A DNA stretch of 64,000 bases from an uncultured Bacteroidales bacterium. Lineage in GTDB: Bacteria; Bacteroidota; Bacteroidia; Bacteroidales; FEN-979. The translations under genes were made by a program, and so were the position numbers. The notes beneath the pieces were generated by a model, which worked only from the letters and a program-made list of their open reading frames with translations, searched no databases and was not told the DNA's origin. Positions 1 to 10,070 of the stretch are shown here, in pieces (positions within the stretch are counted from its first letter, which is position 1; each line of letters begins with the position of its first letter). The stretch is from assembly GCA_903925275.1 (NCBI GenBank), contig CAIYES010000104.1, positions 450 through 64,449 of the forward strand, in the 5' to 3' direction.

Positions 1-465
1 ATTTTCTGGATGACCCTTGCATTTTTGTTCCTGGTCTTTATCCTTGGGAAATTTGCCTGGAAACCCATACTTCAGATGCTCAAAGAGCGGGAAACCTCAA
101 TCCACGAGGCACTGAATGAAGCAAACAAGGCGAGAGAAGAGATGAAGACGCTGAAGTTTACCAATGAACAACTTCTGCAGGAGGCAAAAAATGAACGGGA
201 TGCTTTGTTGAATGAAGCACGCAAAATCAAGGAGAAACTGATCGAGGATGCACGTATCAAGGCCAACGAAGAGGCCTTGCGGATTGTTGAAGGAGCAAAG
301 GAAAGCATCAACAATGAAAAGATGGCAGCCATGATGGAGCTGAAAAATCAAATTGCCGAGAGTTCGCTTACCCTCGCAAAGTTTATCCTGAAACGTGAAC
401 TTTCTGATCCGAAGAGGCAGGAGGAGTATGTTCAGGAGTTATTAAAAGAAGTTAAATTCAACTAA
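1..465 (+). CDS. atpF: F-type ATP synthase F0 subunit b, 5' end cut by window edge
   Basis: Frame is open from nt 1 (IFW precedes the listed Met at 10). Hydrophobic end FLFLVFILGKFAWKPI is followed by a long charged coiled coil. Lies directly upstream of atpH-atpA-atpG. Confidence 0.85.
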   Translation: MFWMTLAFLFLVFILGKFAWKPILQMLKERETSIHEALNEANKAREEMKTLKFTNEQLLQEAKNERDALLNEARKIKEKLIEDARIKANEEALRIVEGAKESINNEKMAAMMELKNQIAESSLTLAKFILKRELSDPKRQEEYVQELLKEVKFN

Positions 466-470
466 CCGGA

Positions 471-1034
471 ATGAATGTTTCTTTGGTAGCGGAACGATAT
501 GCCACAGCGCTGTTTCATCTTGCGATGGAGCAGAATGCAGTGGAGGAGGTATATCAGGATAGTCTGCTGGTGTCAAAAACCTGTGAAAACAGCAAAGATC
601 TGCGGTTGTTGTTAAATAGCCCGATTGTGAATTCGGGTAAAAAGCTGACCATCCTGCTTGATATTTTTGAAAAGAATGTCCATCCGATATCCATGACCTA
701 TATGCGCATCATGGTGCGGAAAAACAGGGAAAAGTTCATTCCGTTCATTGCCCTGAAAATCGTCGATCTTTACAATGACTATAAAAACATTCTGATCGTT
801 CATTTCAAATCGCCTGTTCTTCCCGATAAGGTAACAACAGAACAGGTTCTGAACCTGATGAAGAGTTACACCCGGTCGGATATTGAGCTTACAACAGAAA
901 TTGACGAATCGCTCATCGGGGGTTTTATTCTATCCTGGAAAGATAAACAGTATGACGCCAGTATCCGCAGGGAAATCGAAGAAATGCGAAATGCTATCGC
1001 AAAGGTGAATTTATATAAAAAGAAAGGGCAGTAA
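471..1034 (+). CDS. atpH: F-type ATP synthase subunit delta (OSCP)
   Basis: 187 aa. N-terminus [13 protein letters not shown] is typical of delta/OSCP. Positioned between subunit b and alpha. Confidence 0.85.
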   Translation: MNVSLVAERYATALFHLAMEQNAVEEVYQDSLLVSKTCENSKDLRLLLNSPIVNSGKKLTILLDIFEKNVHPISMTYMRIMVRKNREKFIPFIALKIVDLYNDYKNILIVHFKSPVLPDKVTTEQVLNLMKSYTRSDIELTTEIDESLIGGFILSWKDKQYDASIRREIEEMRNAIAKVNLYKKKGQ

Positions 1035-1107
1035 GAAATGTGTGAATCCGCCTCCCGATAACTATCAGGATCGCCATTTCACCATTTCACTATTAAAAAA
1101 TAAAAAT

Positions 1108-2697
1108 ATGGCTGAAATAAAACCCGCAGAAGTTACCGCGATCTTACGCAGGGAACTTGCCGGTTACCAGAATGAAAAGGAGCTTGAAGAAGTAGGTACT
1201 GTGCTTACCGTGGGTGATGGGATTGCCCGCATCTATGGTTTAAACAATGCAGAAAGCGGAGAGCTGATCGAATTTGAAAAAAATGGGGTAAAAGCCATTG
1301 TTTTGAACCTTGAAGCTGATAATGTCGGTGCCGTTTTACTGGGCGAATCCAATGAGATTAAAGAGGGGGATATAGTTAAACGTACCCGCCGCATTGCCTC
1401 CATCGAAGTTGGCGAAGGGTTGCTTGGCCGTGTTGTCAATACACTGGGCGAACCTATCGACGGAAAGGGGAAGATTGAAGGCATCCGCTATGAAATGCCT
1501 TTGGAACGTAAGGCCCCGGGAGTCATTTTCCGGCAACCCGTAAATCAGCCATTGCAAACGGGGATCAAACCCATCGATGCTATGATTCCGATTGGCAGGG
1601 GACAGCGCGAGCTGATTATCGGCGACCGCCAAACCGGAAAAACAGCCATCGCCATTGATGCCATCATCAACCAGAAGGAGTTTTACGCCAAGGGAGAAAC
1701 CGTATACTGCATTTATGTGGCCGTAGGTCAAAAGGGCTCCACAGTTGCAAATATTGTAAAAACGCTCGAAGAAAAGGGAGCAATGGCCTACACAGTTGTG
1801 GTTTCTTCAACTGCCTCCGATCCTGCAGCCATGCAGTATTATGCACCGTTTGCCGGCGCTGCAATCGGCGAATTTTTCAGGGATACCGGACGCCCTGCCC
1901 TGGTGATTTATGACGATCTTTCAAAACAGGCTGTCGCATATCGCGAAGTTTCCCTGTTGCTCCGCCGCCCCCCCGGACGTGAGGCATATCCCGGCGATGT
2001 GTTTTATCTCCATTCACGCTTGCTCGAACGGGCAGCCAGGATTATTTCTTCCGACAAGATTGCCAGCCAGATGAATGATCTTCCTGACATTCTGAAAACC
2101 ATGGTCAAGGGAGGTGGTTCCCTGACCGCGTTGCCGATCATCGAAACGCAGGCCGGCGATGTGTCGGCATACATCCCTACCAACGTGATCTCAATCACCG
2201 ACGGACAGATATTCCTGGAAACCGCCTTGTTCAATGCAGGCATCCGCCCGGCAATCAATGTTGGAATTTCGGTGTCGCGCGTGGGAGGAAATGCACAGAT
2301 CAAATCGATGAAAAAAATTGCCGGCACCCTGAAACTCGACCAGGCCGAATACCGCGAACTGGAAGCCTTTTCGAAGTTTGGATCCGACCTCGATGCCGCT
2401 ACCAAAGCCGTGCTCGATAAAGGCGCCCGCAACGTGGAAATCCTGAAACAGCCCCAATATTCACCCATGCCGGTTGAAAAACAGATCGCAATTATTTTCT
2501 GCGGTACCCGTGGATTGTTGCGAAACATTCCGGTTCGAAGCGTAGGTAATTTTGAGGTTGAATACCTGAATTTTATGGAGGTCAACCACCAGACAGTGCT
2601 GGACAACCTTAAAACGGGAAAACTTCTGGATGAAGATGTTAAAACCATGGAGAAGGTTGCAAAAGATCTGTCAAAAAAGTACGAGGAAAAGAAATAA
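1108..2697 (+). CDS. atpA: F-type ATP synthase subunit alpha
   Basis: Walker A GDRQTGKT plus strong alpha-subunit motifs ([31 protein letters not shown]). Start moved to ATG 1108 (MAEIKPAEV); the 22 codons upstream look non-coding. Confidence 0.97.
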   Translation: MAEIKPAEVTAILRRELAGYQNEKELEEVGTVLTVGDGIARIYGLNNAESGELIEFEKNGVKAIVLNLEADNVGAVLLGESNEIKEGDIVKRTRRIASIEVGEGLLGRVVNTLGEPIDGKGKIEGIRYEMPLERKAPGVIFRQPVNQPLQTGIKPIDAMIPIGRGQRELIIGDRQTGKTAIAIDAIINQKEFYAKGETVYCIYVAVGQKGSTVANIVKTLEEKGAMAYTVVVSSTASDPAAMQYYAPFAGAAIGEFFRDTGRPALVIYDDLSKQAVAYREVSLLLRRPPGREAYPGDVFYLHSRLLERAARIISSDKIASQMNDLPDILKTMVKGGGSLTALPIIETQAGDVSAYIPTNVISITDGQIFLETALFNAGIRPAINVGISVSRVGGNAQIKSMKKIAGTLKLDQAEYRELEAFSKFGSDLDAATKAVLDKGARNVEILKQPQYSPMPVEKQIAIIFCGTRGLLRNIPVRSVGNFEVEYLNFMEVNHQTVLDNLKTGKLLDEDVKTMEKVAKDLSKKYEEKK

Positions 2698-2706
2698 ATT
2701 GCAGAA

Positions 2707-3618
2707 ATGGCCGGACTGAAGGAAGTACGTATTCGGATTGCATCGGTTAAATCGACCCAGCAGATCACCAATGCCATGAAAATGGTGGCGGCCTCCAAGC
2801 TGCGTAAAGCACAAACGGCTATTATAAAGCTGCGGCCCTATGCTGCCAAACTGCGGGAAATTTTACAAAACCTGAGCGCAACAATCGACAATTCCGACGA
2901 AAACGTATTTTCCCGCGAACGTAAACCGGAAAAGGTTTTGCTGGTGGTTATTGCTTCCAACCGTGGACTTTGCGGCGCCTTCAACTCCAACATTGTTAAG
3001 ATGGCCTTACATCTTACTGCAACCAAGTATCATCATCAGTTCCTTGGGAACAACGTTAGTTTTATCACCATCGGTCGTAAAGCGTCAGAATATTTCCGGA
3101 AGAGAAAATACAATGTCGTTGAATCGCATGACGACCTTTTTGATCAGCTTACCTTCAGCAACGCATCGGCGCTCGCCGAAAAATTGATGAAGAGCTTTGT
3201 TGGCAAAGAATATGACCGGATCGATTTGATTTATAATCAGTTTAAAAACGCAGCCGTTCAGCGGTTGATCGTTGAGCAGTACCTTCCCATTACACCCTCA
3301 CAGGAAACGACGCCATCGTCCGCGAAAACTACGCCTGTTCCCATTGTCAAAGCAGAAGCGGATTATATATTCGAACCCGACAAGGAGACCATTGTTCGTG
3401 AGCTGATTCCGAAAACCTTGCGCATTCAGCTCTTTAAAGCAGTGCTTGACTCCTTTGCCTCCGAACAGGGCGCCCGGATGACCGCCATGCAGAAAGCCAC
3501 CGAAAATGCCAAAGAGCTCCTCCGCGACCTCAACATCTCCTATAACAAAGCCAGGCAGAATTCCATCACCAACGCCATTCTCGAAATTGTATCCGGGGCT
3601 GAAGCGCTCAAGGGGTAG
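2707..3618 (+). CDS. atpG: F-type ATP synthase subunit gamma
   Basis: N-terminus IRIASVKSTQQITNAMKMVAASKLRKAQ and C-terminus ARQNSITNAILEIVSGAEAL are canonical gamma signatures. Confidence 0.95.
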   Translation: MAGLKEVRIRIASVKSTQQITNAMKMVAASKLRKAQTAIIKLRPYAAKLREILQNLSATIDNSDENVFSRERKPEKVLLVVIASNRGLCGAFNSNIVKMALHLTATKYHHQFLGNNVSFITIGRKASEYFRKRKYNVVESHDDLFDQLTFSNASALAEKLMKSFVGKEYDRIDLIYNQFKNAAVQRLIVEQYLPITPSQETTPSSAKTTPVPIVKAEADYIFEPDKETIVRELIPKTLRIQLFKAVLDSFASEQGARMTAMQKATENAKELLRDLNISYNKARQNSITNAILEIVSGAEALKG

Positions 3619-3835
3619 GTAACCTCACGATCTTATTTTTTTAAATTAGCGGGCTGAAAGTGGTTGATCTGACGGAGTGCCTTTAACTGCTAGATTTTAC
3701 ATTTCCAGGGCAAATTTGTTTTTATATAAAAATGAATTTTTCGCATACTTTTTTTATAGAAAGGCAGATCGAATCCGGCATACGCTTCGGCGGGTCGCTG
3801 CCGGCTGATACTTTCACTGATAAATCCAGGGAATT

Positions 3836-4540
3836 GTGAAAAATAACCTTAAAAATTCGTTTTATTGGTCAGTTGGTTGCGTGGTGTTTTTATTGGTTTT
3901 ATCCGGCTGCATGAAAAAAGATGACAACTACATCTACTTTTATCCAACGGACGAAACAGTTAAAGACGCAGACGGCAATGTTTATCACATGGTGTACATC
4001 CTGGGCCAGACATGGATGGTTGAGAACCTGAAAACGACCCGTTACCACAATGGCGATACCATTCCCAATGTTAAGGATAGCAAGGCCTGGGGAAATCTGA
4101 AAATTGGAGCTTACTGCAATTATGATAACGATACAAACAAGTCGAAAACGTATGGCAGGTTGTACAATTGGTATGCAGTAAATCACGGCAATTTATGCCC
4201 TTACCCCTTTCATGTGCCCTACGATCACGAATGGCAAAAGCTGGTCGACACCCTGGGCGGCTTGTATATTGCCGGTGGTGTCCTGAAAGAAACAGGCACA
4301 TCCCACTGGCAAATTAATTCGGGAACCACCAATCAATATGGATTTACCGCCCTTCCGGGTGGCTTCCTCAGCACCGATGGAACCTTTGGTGAGCTTGGAA
4401 TCCGGGGTTACTGGTGGAGCAATACCACCCCTCAGGACTTTCCCCTGTCGTGGGCCATGAATTACGACAACAATACAATAGTCCGTTCCGAACAGAAAAA
4501 AGAGGCTGGGTTTTCGGTTAGGTGTATCAGGGATTATTGA
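3836..4540 (+). CDS. FISUMP-domain lipoprotein (Fibrobacter succinogenes major paralogous domain)
   Basis: GTG start. Lipoprotein signal LVLSGC. Motifs GRLYNWYAV, GFTALPGG, GYWWS and GFSVRCIRD match the FISUMP family. Confidence 0.8.
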   Translation: MKNNLKNSFYWSVGCVVFLLVLSGCMKKDDNYIYFYPTDETVKDADGNVYHMVYILGQTWMVENLKTTRYHNGDTIPNVKDSKAWGNLKIGAYCNYDNDTNKSKTYGRLYNWYAVNHGNLCPYPFHVPYDHEWQKLVDTLGGLYIAGGVLKETGTSHWQINSGTTNQYGFTALPGGFLSTDGTFGELGIRGYWWSNTTPQDFPLSWAMNYDNNTIVRSEQKKEAGFSVRCIRDY

Positions 4541-4576
4541 GCGGCGAAAGGGCATAACGTATTATTCGCCAAGCAA

Positions 4577-4604
4577 TTAATAATTATTAATTAATAATTA
4601 TTAA
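4577..4604. repeat. Two tandem copies of a perfect 14-bp AT-only palindrome TTAATAATTATTAA
   Basis: Read directly at 4577-4590 and 4591-4604, just upstream of the AT-rich gene at 4653. Confidence 0.9.
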
Positions 4605-4652
4605 TTATTAGGGAGTTGTGCCCAATGTAAAAAAACGATAACATAACTTAAA

Positions 4653-5054
4653 ATGAAAAATTTGCTTATCACAGAAGAAATAAAACTTGTTATTTACAAA
4701 AAGTTGAAAAGCAATTTAGAACTATTTGCTCCACCAATGATATCGAATGAGAACCCAATGAAAAAGTCATTTGAGCTTATCGGTAACACACCAGTTCCGT
4801 ATGGATACAATAAAAAGATTATCCCAGGAATGTTCTTTACATCCATTGAACATTGTAAAGACAGCGTGTCGTTACATTTTTTTCCGTTGTATTTGGATCC
4901 CAGACTCAAAGACATAATACCTTCGCTAAGCAAATATTTAAAAGGAAAAACATGCTTTCATTTTAACAAAGAAGAACAGATAGATGAAAAGGAACTTAAA
5001 GCTCTTTTAAAAATCGGGATAGATAAATGGAAGGAACTTGGCTATTTGAAATGA
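4653..5054 (+). CDS. Hypothetical protein, tentatively DUF1801/YdhG-like
   Basis: 133-aa ORF. KDSVSLHFFPLY and GKTCFHFNK...IDEKELKALL resemble the DUF1801 pattern. Markedly AT-rich compared with neighbours. Confidence 0.55.
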   Translation: MKNLLITEEIKLVIYKKLKSNLELFAPPMISNENPMKKSFELIGNTPVPYGYNKKIIPGMFFTSIEHCKDSVSLHFFPLYLDPRLKDIIPSLSKYLKGKTCFHFNKEEQIDEKELKALLKIGIDKWKELGYLK

Positions 5055-5105
5055 TGTATCTTAATATCCAAGGAAAATAGACACTCGGCATAACAGGAAA
5101 AAGAG

Positions 5106-7061
5106 ATGGAAAAAAGTATCGAAAGGGGTAATGAAAAAGTGGAAGCATTTTCAGAATTAGAGCGAGGGGTTTATGCTGCGCTTGAAACGTATTCCAATGT
5201 TCACCGTGGTAGCGGGCACAACTCGATGGTGACCACTCATTTATTTGAACAGGCCAGGGAAATTGTGCTGGATTACCTGGGTCTGGACAAAGGCAAATAC
5301 AGTGTAATTTTTTGCACGCCACGAAGAGCTGAAGTCCTGAAGGCGCAACTTGAGCCGGAAAGTTATCAGATTGTCTCAAGTCAGGATATAGGTCTGTCGC
5401 TGGGTTTAAGGGCTTTGGTTGTTAAAAGGAAGGCGTTGCCCAAAGGCATTCCTTTCCAGACCGGTGGAGGAACGGCCAGTCTTGTATCTCCCGATTGGGT
5501 CATCTGGGCCGATGCACCCGACAAGTTCGAGGCCGGTACACCAGCTATCGTCAACGTCATCGCATTTGCCAGGGCACTGCAACTTATCCGCCAATCCGAA
5601 AATGACATCTTCCTGGATCCGGTGACCGAAAAACTGACTGCCGGCGAAATTCTTTACCATGACGAACTGGAGAATTACCATGGACGGGAACTGTTGCACG
5701 AATTCAGGAAGACCCGGATTGGTCATGGGATGCTGGTCCCAACAGTGGATGGCGAAAGACCTCATATAAACCTGGACAACGGCGCCAGCACTCCCACATT
5801 TACCCCGGTATGGAACGCAGTATGCCAAACATGGCGCCAGCCCCGAAAAGTACAGCAAGAGATCATTCAGGAGGTCAGGTCTGTTTGTGCCGAAGTATTG
5901 GGAGCGCCCTTGTCTGCCTATGATGTGATCTTTACCTCCAATACCACCGAAGCCATCAATCTGGCGGCTGAAAGCCTGGGCCGTGAACCGACACAGGGCA
6001 TCGAACCCGTTATTCTTGGTACGCTGCTCGAACACTCCTCGAACGATCTCCCCTGGCGATTGGTTCCCGGATTTTCATTGATCAGGCTGTCGGTTGATGC
6101 CGAGGGCTTTGTTGATTTGAAGGAGCTGAACACGGTATTGTGTGCCTATAACAAAAAGGGGCAGTACGGAAAGAAACGGATCAAACTTGTAACGGTTACC
6201 GGCGCGTCAAATGTCCTCGGCGCATACAACAACCTTGGAGAGATCAGCCGGATTGTTCACCAATATGGGGCAAGTCTGATGGTGGATGCAGCACAGGTAA
6301 TCGCTCACCGAAAGGTCGGGATGGAAGCAGACGGAATTGATTATCTCGCCTTCTCTGCCCATAAAATTTACGCACCGTTCGGCTGTGGTGTGCTGGTGGT
6401 AAAAAAGGGATTGCTTGCCTTCAGCCCGGCTGAAATGGAGGTGATCCGATTGTCGGGCGAAGAAAATGCAGGTGGCATCGCTGCATTGGGTAAGGCGCTT
6501 GTGCTTCTGCAACGGATTGGTATGGACCTGATCAGGGAGGAAGAACGGGATCTGACAGGATTGGCTTTGCGCGGCCTCGGGCAGATCGCCGGTCTCAGGA
6601 TTTACGGAGTAAAGGATACCGACTCCCCGGGGTTCGTTCAAAAGGGAGGTGTCATTACTTTTTCTCTGAAGGGCATCCAGCCCAACCGGGTTGCCAGGGA
6701 ACTGGCTGAGCGGGGCGGGATCGGTGTGCGGTACGGTTGTCACTGCGCCCACATTCTGATCAAGCACATGCTTGGCGTTAGTCCCCTGCTGGCGCGTTTC
6801 CAGGGTATAATTGTGACCCTGTTCCCGAAGTTAAGACTGCCTGGCCTCGTCAGGGTGAGCCTGGGCATCGGGAACAGCAAAGAAGATATTGACAACTTGA
6901 TTTACATACTTGACCAAATTGCCGGGAAGACCGGTGCCTTACCGGACAGGAATTCCGTTTCAACCCATCAGGGAACACCGATCCTACCGAAAGAAAAAGT
7001 GCAAAAACGGATAAATGATTTCGTCAGGGCTGCAGTTCTGAGAGTCTATTCCAAAGGTTAA
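5106..7061 (+). CDS. Class-V aminotransferase-fold PLP enzyme (cysteine desulfurase/selenocysteine lyase-like), extended form
   Basis: Motifs NVHRG, LDNGASTP, IFTSNTTEAINL, GASNVLGAYNNL, VDAAQVIAH, PLP-lysine motif FSAHKIYAPFGCGVL, and RYGCHCAH. An extra N-terminal ~190 aa repeats NVHRG and FEAGTP-type motifs. Confidence 0.85.
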   Translation: MEKSIERGNEKVEAFSELERGVYAALETYSNVHRGSGHNSMVTTHLFEQAREIVLDYLGLDKGKYSVIFCTPRRAEVLKAQLEPESYQIVSSQDIGLSLGLRALVVKRKALPKGIPFQTGGGTASLVSPDWVIWADAPDKFEAGTPAIVNVIAFARALQLIRQSENDIFLDPVTEKLTAGEILYHDELENYHGRELLHEFRKTRIGHGMLVPTVDGERPHINLDNGASTPTFTPVWNAVCQTWRQPRKVQQEIIQEVRSVCAEVLGAPLSAYDVIFTSNTTEAINLAAESLGREPTQGIEPVILGTLLEHSSNDLPWRLVPGFSLIRLSVDAEGFVDLKELNTVLCAYNKKGQYGKKRIKLVTVTGASNVLGAYNNLGEISRIVHQYGASLMVDAAQVIAHRKVGMEADGIDYLAFSAHKIYAPFGCGVLVVKKGLLAFSPAEMEVIRLSGEENAGGIAALGKALVLLQRIGMDLIREEERDLTGLALRGLGQIAGLRIYGVKDTDSPGFVQKGGVITFSLKGIQPNRVARELAERGGIGVRYGCHCAHILIKHMLGVSPLLARFQGIIVTLFPKLRLPGLVRVSLGIGNSKEDIDNLIYILDQIAGKTGALPDRNSVSTHQGTPILPKEKVQKRINDFVRAAVLRVYSKG

Positions 7062-7094
7062 CATTAAGGGTATATATAACGCTGAACAACCAGA

Positions 7095-8405
7095 ATGATA
7101 AAAAAAACGCTTGAGAATTTAAAGATCGGGACATTAAACAAGATGCAGCTTGCCGCCATCGCGGCGATAAAAAAATCACCCGATATCCTGCTTCTTTCTC
7201 CTACAGGTTCCGGAAAGACGCTCGCTTTTCTGTTGCCCGTTCTGAGTAGTTTGATTTCCGATACTCCGGGTGTTCAAACCCTGATCCTGGTTCCCTCCCG
7301 TGAACTGGCCCTGCAGATCGAACAGGTTTTCAGGCAGATGAATTCAGGATTTAGGGTGAATTGTTTTTACGGCGGGCATGCAACCAAAACGGAAAGGAAT
7401 AATTTGACCCAGCCGGCGGCAGTGGTTGTCGGGACGCCCGGCCGGATTGCCCATCACCTCAGGAATGATAATTTTGAAACCGCGGGCATTCACACCCTGG
7501 TACTTGATGAATTTGACAAGTCGCTTGAATTCGGGTTCAAAGCGGAAATGTCGTTCATTATTTCCCGACTGAAAATGTTGAAGAAGCGGATTTTGACCTC
7601 TGCAACCAACATGGACGAGATTCCTGCTTTTACAGGGATAAAAAGCCCGCTGGTACTTGATTTCCTGAGCAGCCGCTCTCCGGTAACGGCTGCCATAAAG
7701 GTAAAATCCCTGAGAGCGGAGGATGCCGACAAACTGAAAATTTTATTTGCGTTGATCTGTTTGCTGCAGAACAAGCCGGCCTTGGTTTTTTGCAATCACC
7801 GGGAGGCAGTTGAACGCATAAGCACCCTGCTGGAAGAAAAAGGACTGGAACACGGTGTATTTCATGGGGGAATGGAACAGGAAGAACGCGAGCGTGCCCT
7901 GATAAAATTCAGGAACGGCAGCCATCGGTTGCTGATAACCACCGACCTGGCCTCCCGCGGACTCGACATACCTGAAATAGAGGCTGTGATTCATTATCAG
8001 TTGCCGGTTTCGCAGGATATTTTTACACACAGGAACGGGAGAACCGCCAGGATGAATGCTGCCGGAACATCTTACTTGTTGCTATCGGTCACCGACCACC
8101 TGCCGCCGTTTATTAAGGAAGCGCCTGAGATTGAAAACTTGCCTGAAAAGAACATTCTGCCGGGAAAATCACCGTGGTGTACACTATACATTGCAGCAGG
8201 GAAAAAGGAAAAAATTAACAAGATGGATATTGTCGGCATGCTTCTGCAAAAAGGCAAACTGGCAAAAGAAGAGCTTGGCCTGGTCGAAGTATTGGATCAT
8301 GCTTCTTACGCCTCCGTAAGCAGCACCAAAATTGAAAATGTTGTTAAATTGATCAGAAACGAAAAGATCAAGAATAAAAAAGTCAGAATTGAAATCGCCA
8401 GGTGA
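7095..8405 (+). CDS. DEAD-box ATP-dependent RNA helicase with DbpA-type C-terminal RNA-binding domain
   Basis: Motif I SPTGSGKT, Ia PSRELA, II VLDEFD (DEFD variant), III SAT, VI HRNGRTAR. The C-terminal CTLYIAAGKKEKINKMDIVG is DbpA-like. Confidence 0.9.
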   Translation: MIKKTLENLKIGTLNKMQLAAIAAIKKSPDILLLSPTGSGKTLAFLLPVLSSLISDTPGVQTLILVPSRELALQIEQVFRQMNSGFRVNCFYGGHATKTERNNLTQPAAVVVGTPGRIAHHLRNDNFETAGIHTLVLDEFDKSLEFGFKAEMSFIISRLKMLKKRILTSATNMDEIPAFTGIKSPLVLDFLSSRSPVTAAIKVKSLRAEDADKLKILFALICLLQNKPALVFCNHREAVERISTLLEEKGLEHGVFHGGMEQEERERALIKFRNGSHRLLITTDLASRGLDIPEIEAVIHYQLPVSQDIFTHRNGRTARMNAAGTSYLLLSVTDHLPPFIKEAPEIENLPEKNILPGKSPWCTLYIAAGKKEKINKMDIVGMLLQKGKLAKEELGLVEVLDHASYASVSSTKIENVVKLIRNEKIKNKKVRIEIAR

Positions 8406-8452
8406 ACACGTTGATTTAGTTGGATGATTTTTCCCATCGTGGAAAATAAGAC

Positions 8453-8460
8453 TAACTTTG
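8453..8460 (+). promoter_or_regulatory. Candidate Bacteroidota -7 promoter box TAACTTTG
   Basis: Exact TAnnTTTG match 24 nt upstream of ATG 8484. Supports the shorter ferritin start. Confidence 0.4.
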
Positions 8461-8483
8461 TATTTATTAATCCGAAGTATCCT

Positions 8484-9023
8484 ATGATCGCAAAAAACGT
8501 AGAAAAAGCAGTAAACGAACAGATCAAACGCGAAGAACATTCTTCCCGGATTTACCTGTCGATGGCCTCCTGGGCCGAACGGAACGGCTATCCCGGCGCT
8601 GCAAACTGGCTGTATGTGCAAACTGAAGAGGAACGAATCCACATGCTGAAACTGGTTCATTACCTCAACGATCGTGGCGGAACCGCGGTTATTCCGGCGC
8701 TGGATGCGCCCGAAGCAAAATTCGACTCCCTGCCCGATGTCTTTCAACAGGTGCTGACCCATGAAGAGTACATCTCGGCCTCGATCAACGACCTTTATGC
8801 CACATGCACTTCAGAGAAAGATTTTACTACGGCAAACTACCTGCAATGGTATATTACCGAGCAGATCGAAGAGGAGAGCACTGTTCGCAGTATTCTGGAT
8901 CAGATAAAACTGGCTGGCAGCGACAAGGGCGGTTTGTTCATGATGGATAAGGAATTTGCGGCCATGGCAACTGCCAAACGCGCGGCATTGGCGCTGAGTG
9001 GTGGCGCTAACGCAGTAACTTAA
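8484..9023 (+). CDS. ftn: Ferritin (non-haem, Ftn type)
   Basis: LNEQIKREEHSSRIYLSMASWAE, EEERIHMLKL and QWYITEQIEEE are ferroxidase-centre helices. Start set at ATG 8484. Confidence 0.85.
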   Translation: MIAKNVEKAVNEQIKREEHSSRIYLSMASWAERNGYPGAANWLYVQTEEERIHMLKLVHYLNDRGGTAVIPALDAPEAKFDSLPDVFQQVLTHEEYISASINDLYATCTSEKDFTTANYLQWYITEQIEEESTVRSILDQIKLAGSDKGGLFMMDKEFAAMATAKRAALALSGGANAVT

Positions 9024-9561
9024 CCAGTTTGTTATACCAGGTTCGTCCATACTTGCGGATCAATGCCTCTTCCAGGAATTGGTAAAGGTGTATTTTTTCT
9101 TTATGACCTTTCAGCAAAGCCTTCTGGCAGATCGGCCATTTGTGATAATTCAGCAAATCATTGATTGGGTTTGCTTTTATCCTGATGGGGTAGAGGTGGC
9201 ATGAAATAGGTTTTGCAAATGGAATTTTCTTTTCCTGGAAGGCCTTTTCGATGGCGCATCTCGCTATTCCTGCCTCAAAATAGACATAGGCACACTCCTT
9301 TCCGTGTATCAGTGGAGTGACAAATTTTCCCTCTGCATCATAATCGAACACCCCAAGCATCTCCACCTCCTCTACACCTTCGGGCACCATGAAGGGTTTG
9401 ATCTCATCCACGTAATCTTCAAGCAGGGATATCTCCTCTTCGTCGAGTGGCGCCCCGGCATCACCCTCCACGCAACAGGCCCCTTTGCAACTGGGCATGT
9501 CACAGCAGAAGAAAGTTGACTTGATTTCGTCGGAGAGAAGGGTGCTGTCTAGGTAAATCAT
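9007..9561 (-). CDS. DUF3109 family Cys-rich protein
   Basis: CCDMPSCKGACCVEGDAGAPLDEEEI matches my recollection of the DUF3109 N-terminal motif. Its 3' end overlaps the ferritin 3' end by 17 nt (convergent). Confidence 0.7.
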   Translation of the reverse strand: MIYLDSTLLSDEIKSTFFCCDMPSCKGACCVEGDAGAPLDEEEISLLEDYVDEIKPFMVPEGVEEVEMLGVFDYDAEGKFVTPLIHGKECAYVYFEAGIARCAIEKAFQEKKIPFAKPISCHLYPIRIKANPINDLLNYHKWPICQKALLKGHKEKIHLYQFLEEALIRKYGRTWYNKLVKLLR

Positions 9562-9577
9562 GGCGGTTTAATTAAAT

Positions 9578-9640
9578 AATGCAAACAATGCAGGCAATGC
9601 AAGCAATGCAGAAAATGCAAGCAATGCAGAAAATGCAGAA
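9578..9640 (+). repeat. 9-bp tandem array A, 7 units AATGCA[AG][AG][AC]
   Basis: Units read in register: AATGCAAAC, AATGCAGGC, AATGCAAGC, AATGCAGAA, AATGCAAGC, AATGCAGAA, AATGCAGAA. Confidence 0.95.
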
Positions 9641-9701
9641 AAAATTTTTTTTAACAAGGGTTTGACTTTTTGATTTTTTGCGGATTAAGCGAAAAGTGAA
9701 A

Positions 9702-10061
9702 ATGAAAGATAACGCGATCAAAGATAGAAGTTTTGAACTGGCCGTGGAAGTGGTTTTTGTATATCAGTACCTTATACGAGAAAAACATGAGTATATTCTT
9801 TCAAAACAGGTGTTGAGATCGGGTACTTCGGTAGGAGCGAATATAGAAGAAGGAGTTGTGGCACAGTCGAAAAAGGAGTTTTGTAACCGGTTGTCAATTG
9901 CCTATAAAGAGTCCCGTGAAACCGGATTTTGGCTGAAGTTGCTATTATCAACAGGCTACCTTACAAACGAAAAAGCCTCTGCTGCAATTGAAAAATGTGA
10001 AGAAGTCACCAGAATATTATATTCCATTCTGAAAACATCCTCTCAACCAAAGAACGAATAA
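9702..10061 (+). CDS. Four-helix-bundle protein (23S rRNA intervening-sequence protein / Avd-like family)
   Basis: SFELAVEV, LRSGTSVGANIEEG and AYKESRETGFWLKLL are hallmark motifs of the TIGR02436/PF05635-type family. ATG 9702 is preferred over TTG 9678. Confidence 0.85.
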   Translation: MKDNAIKDRSFELAVEVVFVYQYLIREKHEYILSKQVLRSGTSVGANIEEGVVAQSKKEFCNRLSIAYKESRETGFWLKLLLSTGYLTNEKASAAIEKCEEVTRILYSILKTSSQPKNE

Positions 10062-10070
10062 TCACCCATT

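Noticed and set aside
1042-1107. Listed longer N-terminus for atpA (MNPPPDNYQ...)
   Set aside because: Alpha subunits begin at the MAEIKPAEV-type sequence. The upstream 22 codons have no homology-like features and lie in the atpH-atpA spacer.
2004-2798. Long antisense shadow ORFs inside well-supported genes (also 5406-6035, 6207-6767, 8184-8762, 13923-14426, 33185-33874, 34106-34792, 38337-38954, 42300-42776, 47552-48046, 50661-51056)
   Set aside because: Each is fully embedded opposite a gene with strong family motifs, has low-complexity or Arg/Ser/Cys-rich composition, and shows no recognisable domains.
3619-3835. Absence of atpD/atpC after atpG as an anomaly
   Set aside because: Splitting of atpDC from the atpBEFHAG block is, to my knowledge, normal in Bacteroidota. 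The window also starts inside atpF, so operon completeness cannot be judged.
9007-9023. 17-nt convergent overlap of the ferritin and DUF3109 3' ends
   Set aside because: Short convergent overlaps are common, and I see no additional structure there. It could at most allow antisense interference.
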